DNA of 64,000 nucleotides. It comes from Macrostomum lignano. Taxonomy: Eukaryota. Numbering within the stretch: the first letter of the stretch is position 1; every line of letters begins with the position of its first letter. The notes below the pieces were generated by a model that was not told where the DNA came from, made no database searches, and saw only the letters and a list, made by a program, of their open reading frames with translations. Both the position numbers and the translations under genes were made by a program. Location: assembly GCA_002269645.1 (NCBI GenBank), contig NIVC01001615.1:151620-215619 (forward strand), given 5' to 3'. This document shows, piece by piece, positions 1 through 11,900 of the stretch.

Positions 1-610
1 CTCGAATTTAGTACTGCCTGAATTTAGTACCGCCTGAATTTAGTAACGCCTGAATTTAGTAACGCCTGAATTTAGTACCGCCTGAATTTAGTACCGCCTG
101 AATTTAGTACTGCCTGAATTTAGTAACGCCTGAATTTAGTAACGCCTGAGTTTAGTAACACACATATATGTAGGCACAAAATATATTATGTATAAAACTA
201 ATGTAATATATATATAGTGAAGTTGCAGAACAATAGAACTTTCCTTCACTTCATATTCACTTCCTTTCCTTCAGGAAGTACTATACTAATGTATTATACT
301 ATGTATTATACTATGCATGTATACTATGTATAATACACTAGTATAGTACTAATGTATTAGTATTGTACTAATACATAAGGAATATCTCTCAGCTGCACCA
401 TTTGTTGCGTTACTAAATTCAAGCATTACTAAATTCAGGCGGTACTAAATTCAGGCGGTACTAAATTCAGGCGGTACTAAATTCAGGCGGTACTAAATTC
501 AGGTGGTACTAAATTCAGGCAGTACTAAATTCAGGCGGTACTAAATTCAGGCAGTACTAAATTCAGGCAGTACTAAATTCACGGTTACTAAATTTTGGTT
601 ACTAAATTCA
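1..610. repeat. Foldback-like element with inverted arms made of 16-bp tandem units; left end outside window
   Basis: CCTGAATTTAGTACCG-type units at 1-160 and their reverse complement (TACTAAATTCAGGCGG)n at about 409-610, around an AT-rich spacer. Confidence 0.8.
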
Positions 611-611
611 A

Positions 612-775
612 GGGCACCCGGTCAAGGATAGCTAACAAACTAAAGAAATTCAATTTAAAATTAAGTGTCTTGCTCTACAGCACAAATTGTTCCAAGTGGA
701 TTGAAAATCATACCTCCCAACCTTCAATTCAAGTTATGAGTCTGATGCTCTAACCACTAACTAGGTTATAATTAC
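612..775 (-). mobile_element. Degenerate tRNA-derived SINE remnant
   Basis: Minus strand reads TAGTTAGTGGTTAGAGCATCAGACTCATAAC (tRNA-like D arm and anticodon arm), followed by a decayed body. No intact cloverleaf. Confidence 0.35.
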
Positions 776-1596
776 CTCTTTGGTCTCTTAATAAAGATAG
801 TGTCTTATTGTGAAGACTTATTTTAATTTTATAGGTGTAATAATAATAGTTTATGACTATTTTTTATAGGTGACTTGTACTTATAGGCCTAGGCTACTTA
901 AGATATTTATAGGCCCCTAGGCCTACAACCTGGGTCTTTTAGCATAGAAATAACTAATAAGGAATGATTAGCATTCTAGCTTTTGGATTAAGTATAGCTT
1001 TCCTATTTTCTATTATATCTTTGATTTTTACTAGGATCAAACTAGGAACCAATATTCCTTGCTATCATATCATTTAGTCAAGTTTAGGCCTATTACTTAG
1101 TCTTTGGTTATTACTTGTGCTACAAGCTATTAGATAATATTTAATTGGCTTTGCTTTTGTGCTTTTTTAAATTTTATTTTGAACTAGCAATATTTGCTCC
1201 CTGATGGGGGACATTTAGATAGAATCTCAGTTCTCTACAAGTAGCAAAAAGATAGCAAAATAAAGCCTTCACAAAGACAATACTAGTAGACATTCTTTCT
1301 AAAAAGTTTCTTGCCTCCCCAATATCAAGCATCCCTTGATAGCAAGTATCCCTAGACAGCATGCAAGCATCCCTTAGATAGCACAAATACTCCAGATAGG
1401 AAGCATCCTCCCAGATAGCAAGCATCTCCCCAATACTAAGTATTAATCAGATAGCAAGCATGTTTCAATCCTCAGATAGCAAGCATCTCCTTGATAACAA
1501 TTATTTATCCTCAAATAGCAAGTATCCACCAGACAACAAGTAGCTAATGCAAAAATTTCCTTAGCTTTATAGTGGCTTCTTTATGTTTGGCATGAC

Positions 1597-2512
1597 TAGA
1601 GATGTCAATTCCCCAGAATTTCTACTCCTCGAGGTCCCCAGGGAATTTGAACCCTTTCCTCGGGGAATCCCCAAGGTTTCCCAAGGGAAGGAGTTAAATG
1701 GTAATTTGTTAATATCTACTAAGAAAATGATATTTTATACCTTCAATGTGCTTTTATAATACTTTACTTTGTTTTCATGCTCATTCACATAATCATACTG
1801 TTACAGGAGTCAGGGCCAGGGATGAACCAACTTCACCCAAGCCTCTGGCCAAAAGATTTCAAGGTTTCGCATCTCCCTCTAGCAGATACTTCAAAATAAT
1901 AAAAACTTATTAAGAATAAGAACTAAAATCTCATTTTTTAAACTAAAGTCTTATTTCTTAGAAACAAAATCTACCTAAACAAAATATTAAAACATATTAT
2001 TAGAACCCTAGAATAAATTGATGTACACAACTATAACAGCATAAAGAATAGCATTTGATTCTACTAAAGTTCAAAGAAATACAATTGCTTCAAATTCAGA
2101 ACTATCAAACTGTTATAGCTCAATTTAAGCTGAGCCGTACCCAGGGCCTAGGGGCCAGGTCAAGACTCGAGACTTGAGTCAGTTGAGTCGAGTGCAGCGC
2201 ATGCGTGAGCCACTTTTAAATTGGTGCCAGCGTTGCCGCTGAGAAACACCAAAAAATATCATGATTGTCATTACAGTTTCAAACCATCACAACTCATAAG
2301 ACTCTACTAAGTCTTTTGATACTGAGTCTGACTCTACTTACTATAAATAGTATAATACTATACAATACTACAGTATATAAATACTATAAATAGTACTTTT
2401 TAAAATTGTTTTTTGTCTGGGGATGGGGATCCCCAGTGGACCTCCCCAGGGTGCCTCCCCGGTGGTACACCCTGGGGAGGCCAGGGAGCACTCCCTGGGG
2501 ATGACATCCCTA
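1597..2512. mobile_element. Non-autonomous hAT-type element (MITE)
   Basis: Imperfect TIRs TAGAGATGTCAATTCCCC / GGGGATGACATCCCTA, flanked by a perfect 8-bp duplication GGCATGAC (1589-1596 and 2513-2520). Confidence 0.8.
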
Positions 2513-2790
2513 GGCATGACGTTTCTTTTTACACTTGAAATGGTATCTCCTTTATATTTGACAAAGTAGCTCTTTTTATGTTTGGCATGGTGGCTCAATA
2601 ATGTTTGACATGGAGGCTCTTTTACATTTGACATGGTGGCTCTTTAATGTTTGACATGGTAGCTCTTTTATGTTTGACATGGTTGCTCTTTTATGTTTGA
2701 CATGGTAGCTATTAACTTAGCTTATTTTATTTAACTAAATTTGTTTAAAAATAATGCCTTTTTTCAAGGTCTAACTCAAAGACAACTTAA

Positions 2791-3458
2791 GTAGAAGGAC
2801 GGGAAACCTTGTTTCTTAGAATTTTTTAAGGCACTTTTTCCCGAAAAAATACACTACGGAGATAGGAAATTTTCATTTTTTCAGCACAAAAATTGCTATT
2901 ACTTTTGATAGGAGGCAGATCCAGTGTTCATCTTTTGTTATGTTGTGCCTTTTTTATTGCTCTATCGATATTCATAAAGCTTTTCGTTCAGAAAATTAGG
3001 ATTCTATGTTAATTTTTTATTCTATGTATATTTTCACGTGTCTTGTGCCTGAAATACATTAGAATGCTACGGCTTGGCTCTTTGGTTTTATGAGTCTATT
3101 TTGTCATTCTTAACTGACTGTGTAGCAAATATTCGTAACAGAGATGATAAAATAGATTCATAAAACCAAATATTGGAGCTGTGTCATGCATTTTTGTGAT
3201 TTTTAGGTACAGGAAATATACATAGAATAAAAAATTAACATAGAAATCTAATTTTCTGAATGAAAAGCTTTATAAATATCGATAGAGCAATAAAAAAGGC
3301 ACAACAAATCAAAAGATGAACACTGGATCTGCCTCCTATCAAAAGTAATAGCAATTTTTGTGCTGAAAAAATGAAAATTTCCTATCCCCGTAGTGTATTT
3401 TTTCGGGAAAAAGTGCCTTCAAAAATTTTCTAAGAAACAATGTTTCCCGTCCTTCTAC
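2791..3458. mobile_element. TTAA-flanked MITE with about 250-bp terminal inverted repeats
   Basis: TTAA-GTAGAAGGACGGGAAAC... at 2787 mirrors ...GTTTCCCGTCCTTCTAC-TTAA at 3462. The arms stay nearly complementary for about 250 bp. A related copy lies at 42857-43560. Confidence 0.85.
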
Positions 3459-4170
3459 TTAAGTCATCATTTGTCTAACTATGCACTAATACTTTTTTGT
3501 ACTTTTTTTAAATAACTTAAAAAATGATTAAGTCTATACATTTGTAAAGGCATTGTCTTAATTCTTATTTTTTACATTAAATCATTTTTGTTTTTCTTTA
3601 ACCACTGTCTAAATATTTATTTGATTTAATTGACCCTGTTATGTATATAAGCATGATAAAAAGCATCTGGCCATGAATTAAGCATATATAAAAGCAAAGT
3701 TCCATAGCTAGGGCCTAGCTTCAAACCAGTAAGTAACCTTTTGGCTTTTCAACTTCCTAATCCTATTCAAGCAAGTTGCTCTGGTACCTATTTTATCCAG
3801 AGTTGTATTTTAGCAATTTCTTTTGTTGACTACTAGGTAGGCCTAACCTATTATCATATTATAAAACACTGTTTGAAGACTTATCATTTTAGGCCTACAA
3901 AGTAATAATGAATGATTTGTTCTTTTTCATGCATGCTGCATTGACTGAAATACTGCTGTTACCAGCTTCTAATTGATAGATTTGCATAAAACACATCTGG
4001 ACTGACTATCATACTATTAAGTCAAAGGTTTCCTACACAAAACAAGGTTTTGCATATACCTTTTGCATCTTTTTAAAAACTTTGCAAGTTATCAATTTTC
4101 TATTGATTTACTTCATTTTGCAATGAATATAATAATTTTATAAAGATATATTCTATTTATTAATAGCACA

Positions 4171-4341
4171 ATGCTTGCGTACAACAGACCCACTGAAAAT
4201 AACTCAAAGTACGAACTGCATAGACACTGCTCCTGGAGACATATCGATTGCTATATTGCTGTCGCCTTTGCATCAAACTTTTTGGTTTTTAAATTGACAA
4301 ATCAAGTACCAGCAAGCAGTCCACCCTGTGGAACTTTGTAA
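4171..4341 (+). CDS. Conserved upstream small ORF (56 aa) ahead of BIR-like paralogue 1
   Basis: ATG 4171 to TAA 4339-4341: MLAYNRPTENNSKYELHRHCSWRHIDCYIAVAFASNFLVFKLTNQVPASSPPCGTL. The ELHRxCSxRHIDxY motif recurs at 8764-8805 with mostly synonymous codon differences. Confidence 0.6.
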   Translation: MLAYNRPTENNSKYELHRHCSWRHIDCYIAVAFASNFLVFKLTNQVPASSPPCGTL

Positions 4342-4387
4342 TTACCTGTATCTTGCTGCATAAAGAAAGAAGGCGTCAATTTCAACA

Positions 4388-5122
4388 ATGTCAGGCAGAC
4401 CAATTTCTGAATATTTGTCTGAGCGCAGTTACTCGGCTGTCTGTCAGGTCTTGCACATTTTTCTGACTGCCCGCCATCCTGGAATGCTGCTGCAGCAAGA
4501 TCGCGTGACTGAGTTTGCTAGGCATGGCCTGAATGGGCCCGAGCATATTCAGTGCGCTAAGCTGGGCTTCTTTCCGCTTCCTTCACCTCATGGTGGTGCA
4601 ATCGACGACAGCACCGTGATGGTTGTCTGCTTCAGCTGCGGCTTCGAGTGCAAGCTGTCCAGCGTCCAGCATCGAATCCTTGGCAGCTTCAACAGGCTGC
4701 ACTGCCCGCTGCAGGCTGCCCGTTGTCCCAAGCAGCAACCAATGCAACAGGAGCTTTTGGGTGACGGGCCTTCGGATTTCCCGAGCCCTACGCAGCTTGC
4801 ACAGCTTCTGACTTTCATTCAGAGCAATTGTGGCACAGTACTGACCGAGATGTTTCCGCCGGATGCAGTTCTGTTGTGTGCCGCCACCATGCTCGTGACT
4901 GAGCGCCGATCTCTGTTAAATCTGCAGCCCGGGTATCTGGTTGAGCGCCTGCAAGCTAGCAATTGGAACCGGCAATCGCTGTGGCAATTCCCCGTGCTTG
5001 ACGAGGCGTCAACTTTTACTGGCGACTTCATCAACCTGGTCAGCGCTGGTCCCGGAGCTGTCGACCTGAGAGATGTTCAGGGTATCGGCTATTTAGTTAG
5101 CCAGGCTGTGATGGCTGAATGA
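4388..5122 (+). CDS. Divergent BIR-like (IAP-like) protein, paralogue 1, intronless, 244 aa
   Basis: DRVTEF...AKLGFF...VVCFSCG...CP resembles the BIR pattern RLxTF...LAxAGF...VxCFxCG...CP. It aligns along its length with the spliced gene at 8915-15588. AATAAA at 5177. Confidence 0.7.
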   Translation: MSGRPISEYLSERSYSAVCQVLHIFLTARHPGMLLQQDRVTEFARHGLNGPEHIQCAKLGFFPLPSPHGGAIDDSTVMVVCFSCGFECKLSSVQHRILGSFNRLHCPLQAARCPKQQPMQQELLGDGPSDFPSPTQLAQLLTFIQSNCGTVLTEMFPPDAVLLCAATMLVTERRSLLNLQPGYLVERLQASNWNRQSLWQFPVLDEASTFTGDFINLVSAGPGAVDLRDVQGIGYLVSQAVMAE

Positions 5123-5362
5123 ATGCTTTTTGAACTAACTAACTAAATTATCAAAAAACCTGTTTTAATTAACTCGAATAAACTTTACCCAAAAGACTGC
5201 TATGATTATATATACTAGAAAAATTAGCTGGATGTCACTCGTAATTTAATTTGTGAAAAAGTAGAGCGTATACTTCTTTTTTAGTAGTTTGCCAGAGCAG
5301 CGTCACTTAAATCGATCGGGGTTTGCGACCTCGGGAGCTTATGTGATGAAGAATTAACGACT

Positions 5363-6370
5363 CAGGGGTCGGCAAACTTTTCAGTGCGGGCCGGATCGGA
5401 AGACTGGCTGAAGGGGGGCGGGCCAGAAAAAATGCACAACAAATTGAGACTCAATGACCATTTGGTATCCTATAGAATCGTTCGTTAAATTATTTTCTCG
5501 CTTGAGTTTGATTCCTTTCTATTTTTAGAGTCCAAATATATGAAAAAAAGTGAACGAATTAACAGGTTAACATGTACTGACAGCTAAATTGTTTGTTATA
5601 GTCAACCGCCACATCACGACACGAGGGTACTACGTAATAGTTAAACAGTGGCACAATCCAACCTGAGGCCGCTGGTCGTCCAGCCATCCAGGGAGTAGTA
5701 GTCCAAAATCAGAAAATTAAGCAATGGCTTGAATTGAATCCCAGTATTGGCAGCTCGGCAGCTAATTTTTCAATCTCAAACGCATCTTCCTTTAATTAAG
5801 GTCCCCCCGCGCACTGTCACAGTTTTTTACCATAGACATATTTTCATGCTTTGCGTGCACAAAACTGATACTTTAGAACTGATTTTTTAGAATTCCTGAA
5901 ATCAGCGCACAAACTCAAATGTGGAGAGATGTGTGGATAAAATTACCCAGTCACACTATTACCCAACATTAAAGTAGTACCCTCGTGTCGTGATGTGACA
6001 GGAAACGAAGGAAACGAATTCAAGCGAAAAAATAATTCAAGGAACGATTCTATAGGATAGCCGACAATTTTAGATGATAGACCAAATAGACCAATAGACC
6101 AATTGATAGACCAATTTTAGATCTAGACAGACAGCACATCAGTTCAAACTTTCGAATATGGTATGGGGGGTAAAGGCCCAGGGGGGTAGATTTTGGAGGG
6201 TAAAGACCCAGAGGGCGGATTCTGGAGGGTAAAGACCCTGGGGGCAGATTCTGGATGGTAAAGAAAGACCCAGGGGGGGGGGCGAAGTAATCGGGGGACG
6301 ACCTGTGGCCCGTGGTCTTGAACTGAAAACCTGATCGGGCCCTCAAGTGGAAAAAGGTTGCCGACCCCTG
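5363..6370. mobile_element. hAT-type MITE
   Basis: TIRs CAGGGGTCGGCAAACTTTT / AAAAAGGTTGCCGACCCCTG. No clean target-site duplication is retained. Confidence 0.7.
5610..5997. mobile_element. Small inverted-repeat element nested in the hAT MITE
   Basis: Perfect 24-bp inverted repeat CACATCACGACACGAGGGTACTAC (5610-5633) / GTAGTACCCTCGTGTCGTGATGTG (5974-5997). Confidence 0.6.
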
Positions 6371-6707
6371 GCCTAACTGTTATCAGTCTGGCGGGGGGCT
6401 GCGACACCATCCCTTTTATCACTTGCAATCTTTGTATAGCCTTATCTACTCAAGTCCTTTTTATTGCGTATTGATAATTTTTCCTACATTATTTTACTCG
6501 TATCTATTTATTCAAGCTTTGCCTCTGTTATTGGAATATTTGTTATTTAATGCTTGTGGATTGGGTTCTTAATTGTTTAATGCTCGTTTTGAATTATTTT
6601 TCACCCTATGTAGTGTATTCTTTTTCGATAACTATTTATTGTTTATTATATTCAAAAACCATCAAGTTCACGTACCGAACGTTACGAAATAATCCAAAAC
6701 TGTGGGA

Positions 6708-6950
6708 GGGGGCGAAGGAGCTTAGCGGTAAGCGGATCTGACTCTCGCGTCACGACACCTGGTTCGATTCCGTCCGCAGCTACATTAGTTTAGGGCTTGT
6801 GTGTTCACGAAAGTTGGCTGTTGGCGTTAGACTTACCTATGAAAAAAACCTATGTAAAAATTAACGTAATTGTGGGTAAACGGCAGGAGTAACTTTAACT
6901 GTATTCTAAAGGCTAAGGCCTCGTCATCTAGTTAGTACTACGTCTTTTTT
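6708..6950 (+). mobile_element. tRNA-headed SINE containing a 28S rRNA-derived segment
   Basis: A-box-like GGAGCTTAGCGG and B-box GGTTCGATTCC (6761-6771). Positions 6874-6936 match the conserved eukaryotic 28S stretch GGGTAAACGGCGGGAGTAACTATGACT...GCCTCGTCATCTAATTAGT. Confidence 0.6.
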
Positions 6951-7611
6951 TGGGTGGGCATTTTTACAACTTACCTTGGCTGGGCCCCTCACCTAAAAGT
7001 GAGATTCTGAGTCGCGATATGTCAGAACTGGTGTAGTGGTGTCTGAGTGGTGGCTTAGCAAGCACTTCACCTGTAGACACCTGCGTTTGAAGTTCTGTCC
7101 AAGTCTCAGTGAGCAACCTTATGCACACACTGTAACAGAATTACTTTAAATCCTTTCCTTGCTACTATTCAGTAGGCAATTTTCTATGTGGGTGATGATT
7201 CGAGAATTGAATTTGGCCATGCACCAAACCTTCCTTGATAATTGAATTTTATTTTCAAATAATAAAAGTTGGGACTGGAGACGCAGACTTGCAAGTTAGA
7301 AATTCGCCTAATCGAGTATGGTATCGTGACAATTGACAGCTGCGAACTCCGTTACCCTTAAATTTAGCTGAAACGTGTTTTGTTATTTTTCTTTAATCAA
7401 ATTTTCTGTTTTCTTTATTTTTTACGCGTCAATAAGCTATATTTATTTCACTTCTACTCACTTAATAAAAATATTTACCTTGTTTACGTATGGCGGGTAT
7501 AAAAAACTGCCTTAATATCTTTGCTTTTATCAATAGTAATTCATTAGTGTTTTTAATAGGCAATATTTGTAGCCTCATCCCAGATCCCCTATATGCCCAT
7601 GCAGTCATTCC

Positions 7612-8532
7612 CAGACCTCATAGAGCCATGAAGTTCCTGTCTAAGACTCCACAGAGCCATGAAGTTCCTGTCCTAGACTCCAGAGCCATGCAGTTGCAGT
7701 TCCTGTCTGAGACTCCACAGAGCCATGAAGTTCCTGTCTGAGACTCCACAGAGCCATGCAGTTCCTGTCCTAGACTCCAGAGCCATGCAGTTCCTGTCCT
7801 AGACTCCAGAGCCATGCAGTTCCTGTCCTAGACTCCACAGAGCCATGCAGTTCCTGTCCTAGACTCCAGAGCCATGAAGTTCCTGTCCTAGACTCCAGAG
7901 CCATGCAGTTCCTGTCCTAGACTCCAGAGCCATGCAGTTCCTTTCCTAGACTCCACAGAGCCATGCAGTTCCTGTCTGAGACTCCACAGAGCCACGAAGT
8001 TCCTGTCTGAGACTCCACAGAGCCATGAAGTTCCTGTCTGAGACTCCACAGAGCCACGAAGTTCCTGTCTGAGACTCCACAGAGCCATGAAGTTCCTGTC
8101 TGAGACTCCACAGAGCCACGAAGTTCCTGTCTGAGACTCCACAGAGCCATGAAGTTCCTGTCTGAGACTCCACAGAGCCACGAAGTTCCTGTCTGAGACT
8201 CCACAGAGCCATGAAGTTCCTGTCTGAGACTCCACAGAGCCACGAAGTTCCTGTCTGAGACTCCACAGAGCCACGAAGTTCCTGTCTGAGACTCCACAGA
8301 GCCACGAAGTTCCTGTCTGAGACTCCACAGAGCCACGAAGTTCCTGTCTGAGACTCCACAGAGCCACGAAGTTCCTGTCTGAGACTCCACAGAGCCACGA
8401 AGTTCCTGTCTGAGACTCCACAGAGCCACGAAGTTCCTGTCTGAGACTCCACAGAGCCACGAAGTTCCTGTCTGAGACTCCACAGAGCCACGAAGTTCCT
8501 GTCTGAGACTCCACAGAGCCACGAAGTTCCTG
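7612..8532. repeat. 31-bp minisatellite
   Basis: Unit AGAGCCACGAAGTTCCTGTCTGAGACTCCAC, about 30 copies; shorter variant units at the left end. Confidence 0.95.
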
Positions 8533-8697
8533 TTTTTAACTCCAGAACCATTCACATGCATTCGGAACATATTTTGAATTTTCGTCAAACGTGACTACTT
8601 CATTTATTTTCACGGTTTTTATTCATGCTTATGAATTTTATCATTATTCCACTCGAAGGTCGGAAGCATCTCTGAATCGGCCGTGTCTATTAAATTA

Positions 8698-8874
8698 ATG
8701 GGAGTTCTTACAAACAGTATCAGTGTAAAACCCGTGGTCTTTCATCGAATATCAGTGTTCATTGAGCTTCACAGATACTGCAGCTCTCGTCATATTGACA
8801 CGTACTTGCTGGACTGCACTCTGCTTAATCTGCTGTCACAGCTGTTTAAAGGCAGCGCTGTGTGTGGCGACTAA
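8698..8874 (+). CDS. Conserved upstream small ORF (58 aa) ahead of BIR-like paralogue 2
   Basis: ATG 8698: MGVLTNSISVKPVVFHRISVFIELHRYCSSRHIDTYLLDCTLLNLLSQLFKGSAVCGD*. It ends 40 nt before the main ATG and shares its motif with 4171-4341. Confidence 0.6.
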   Translation: MGVLTNSISVKPVVFHRISVFIELHRYCSSRHIDTYLLDCTLLNLLSQLFKGSAVCGD

Positions 8875-8914
8875 ACTTCATAGAGCCAGCTGACTTACAA
8901 AAATTACTGCCAAT

Positions 8915-11900
8915 ATGAATGTTGAACTGCCTGAAACTAAGAAAATTTCTCGCTATCTGTCAAGCTCTGTGAATTTGAACTCCATTACTTCAATTCTTCT
9001 GCTATGGCTCAATGCTGTTTACCAAACTTCGTTCCTGGAAAAGGACCGTTTGGCAAGCTTTCTGGTGTATTTTCCTGCTCTGAACCAGGAGTTTGAAAAC
9101 CTCGCCGCACTTGGCTTCTTTGCCATTTCTCAGCATGAAATTGTTTGCTTCGCCTGTGGCCTGCGCTGCCAGATAAGAAGGTGAGCAGGCTTGATAGGGC
9201 TGCATCTGAAAGGCCAGTCAAGGGGGTAGCCAGCCACTGACGGGACAGTGAGGCGGGGGGGGTTAACCAGCCACTGGCGGGACAGTGAGGCGGAGGGGGG
9301 GTACCCAGCCAGGGTCAGAGAAGGGGGTAGCCAGCCACTGAAGGGTCAGAGAAGGGGGTAGCCAGCCAGGGTCAGAGAAGGGGGTAGCCAGCTACTGAAG
9401 GGTCAGAGAAGGAGGTTAGCCAGTCACTGAGGGGTCGGAGAAGGGGGTAGCCAGCCACTGAGGGGTCAGAGAAGGGGGTAGCCAGCCACTGAGGGGTCAG
9501 AGAAGGGGGTAGCCAGCCACTGAGGGGTCAGAGAAGGGGGTAGCCAGCCACTGAGGGGTCAGAGAAGGGGGTAGCCAGCCACTGAGGGGTCAGAGGGGTG
9601 TAGCCAGCCACTGAGGGGTCAGAGAAGGGGGTAGCCAGCCACTGAGGGGTCAGAGAAGGGGGTAGCCAGCCACCGAGGGGTCAGTAAAAAGGGGTAGCCA
9701 GCTACTGACGGATTAGAGACAATATATAGTTTTATAGTGTTTGAATCTGGTCTATGAAAGTTTTTTAAAACAGATAGCCCAGTGCTGCTCTCCAACAGAC
9801 AAATCATGACCGTAACGTTCAATGTCTGCACAATTGCTATATAATTCAAAACGCTTTCATTTGCAGACAGCTGCAGCCCCGACCCGGCATCTTGAACAAT
9901 CCCACCTGTCCGCTTCAAGCTGCTCGGCTGTACTGCGGCGGTGGCAGCGGCGACCGTGAGCTGGGCTTGCCGATACCTGAGCTGCGCTGCCTGAGGCCCA
10001 CGATCTGGCTTCGATTTGTTGATCTTAAAGCTATCAGCGATGTGAGCAATAGGCCTTAACCTCTTCAAGACTGGGCCCAAAATTTTTCATCTCCGTTCCA
10101 GTCGGATGGTAAGCAGTGCTTACCATAGACTATTTGGCTTCTGACTGAGCCATAGATATTTTTTCTCTCCGTTCCGGTCGGCATGGTAAGCAATGCTTAT
10201 CAATAGACATTCAGTCGGCTGGGGTAGAAAAATAAGCAAAAATGTACATTTAAGTAGCCTGTTTCTAGACTGAAAGCACACTGGTCCCTGTACAAGAGGA
10301 ATGGGCAACACGAACAGTATAAGAAACGTTCTTTTCCTAGCCCCAGTCAGTTCAAACAGAGAAGCTGATCCATCTCCTTACTCGTCTAGCTTTTTGACAG
10401 CTTATTCAGTCGTGCTTTATACTACAGTGGTTCTTTGACTCCTTAAGTTTTCGTTTCCTATACTTTATCTGTCTCAGTATGGTTTGAGCCGAATACTATA
10501 AAATCAGTTCTCAAAGAGCTTTGAAATGGCCCAAGTGGACGAAATGTCTGAACTCATGACATCGGACGACGAGGACTACCTCTTATCAGATGATTCTTCT
10601 GGTGAGTCAGATGTTCTGGACAGTGTTGATGAGGACGTACAGGTTGCTGATGAGTTGTCGTGGCGGCCTGCTATCGTTGGGAACGACGCATCGACGAGAG
10701 ATATCGAGTTTTTCGGAACACCTGGCCTGAATCCTGGAATAATAGTGCCTGCCGATGTTGAGAACTCAACTTCCTTCTTCTTAGGTTTATTCCTGTCTGA
10801 TTCGTTGTTTGAAGATCTAGCTATGTGGACTAACCGTAGAGCTTGGGCAGCAATTCATTCATTGGATGCTGATGACCTGCCTGTGAGTTTGTTACAGTGG
10901 AACGAATGTAGCGCAAACGAAGTCAAGAAGTTGATTGGCATGTACCTGTACATGGGAAGCAACAAGAAGACTGAGATGAATGACTACTGGAGTACTGGCA
11001 GCTACCACTCGACACCATACTTTCAAGCACCTGAGGCGCTCTCTAGAGACCGCTTCAAGCAATTGCTCGGCTTTCTTCGCTTTTATGATTGCCTTGAGGA
11101 TCCCACACCTGGTGATCCGTTGTACAAGATTCGTCCATTTTTGAACAATTTGCGTGACACCTGCGTGAACATCTACAGACCTGACGAAGAAATAAGTGTT
11201 GACGAATCGTTGGTTCTTTACAAAGGACGATTAGGCTTCAAGCAATACATTCCAACTAAGCGCGCCAGGTATGGCATCAAGGTGTACTGTGCTTGTGAGT
11301 CTGAAACAGGCTACTTGTTCAACTTTCGAGTTCATGCTACTCCGGAGGAGAATCGTAGATTTGCTTTAGATCCACAAAGCGGAAACCTGTCATTCAGCGA
11401 AAAAATTGTTGTCGAGCTTTGCCAAGATCTGTTGGACCAAGGCTACCGCATTTTTGCCGACAAGTGGTTTGGTTCTTATCGGTTGGCTATGTACCTCCTG
11501 GATCGAGATACTCATCTGACTTGCACCATACGAGCTGACCGAGGCGTGCCGATTGAGCTCAGGCAGTTAAATGTGCCGCCCAATGATGTCGGCTTCATGC
11601 GCAAGGGTGCCGTACTGGCCGCAAAGATTGTTGAAAGAAAGGAAAGCGGTCTAAAAACGTTGTATTTGCTGGACACAAAGGAGGCAGCATCAAAAGTTCC
11701 AGTCCGACGAATCGCCCGAGGTGGAGCAGCGGCTGCAGTGCAGAAGTGCCGCTCAGCTTTGAGTTACAACCGCTGCATGGGCGGCGTCGATCGAATGGAC
11801 GGCCACATGCAGCCCTACCAGCCTGCTCGGAAAACCAGAAAATGGTTTTTGAAACTTGGTTTGCACCTGTGCTTGCAGATGGTCCGAAATGCTTGGATTG

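Noticed and set aside
6874-6936. Functional rRNA gene
   Set aside because: Only about 60 bp, diverged, and embedded behind a SINE head.
7612-8532. CRISPR-like appearance of 30-31-bp repeats (also 13190-15190)
   Set aside because: The units are head-to-tail with no unique spacers, there are no cas genes, and the context is eukaryotic.
9619-10080. 153-aa minus-strand ORF
   Set aside because: It is antisense to exon 2 of paralogue 2, plus repeat and piggyBac end sequence.
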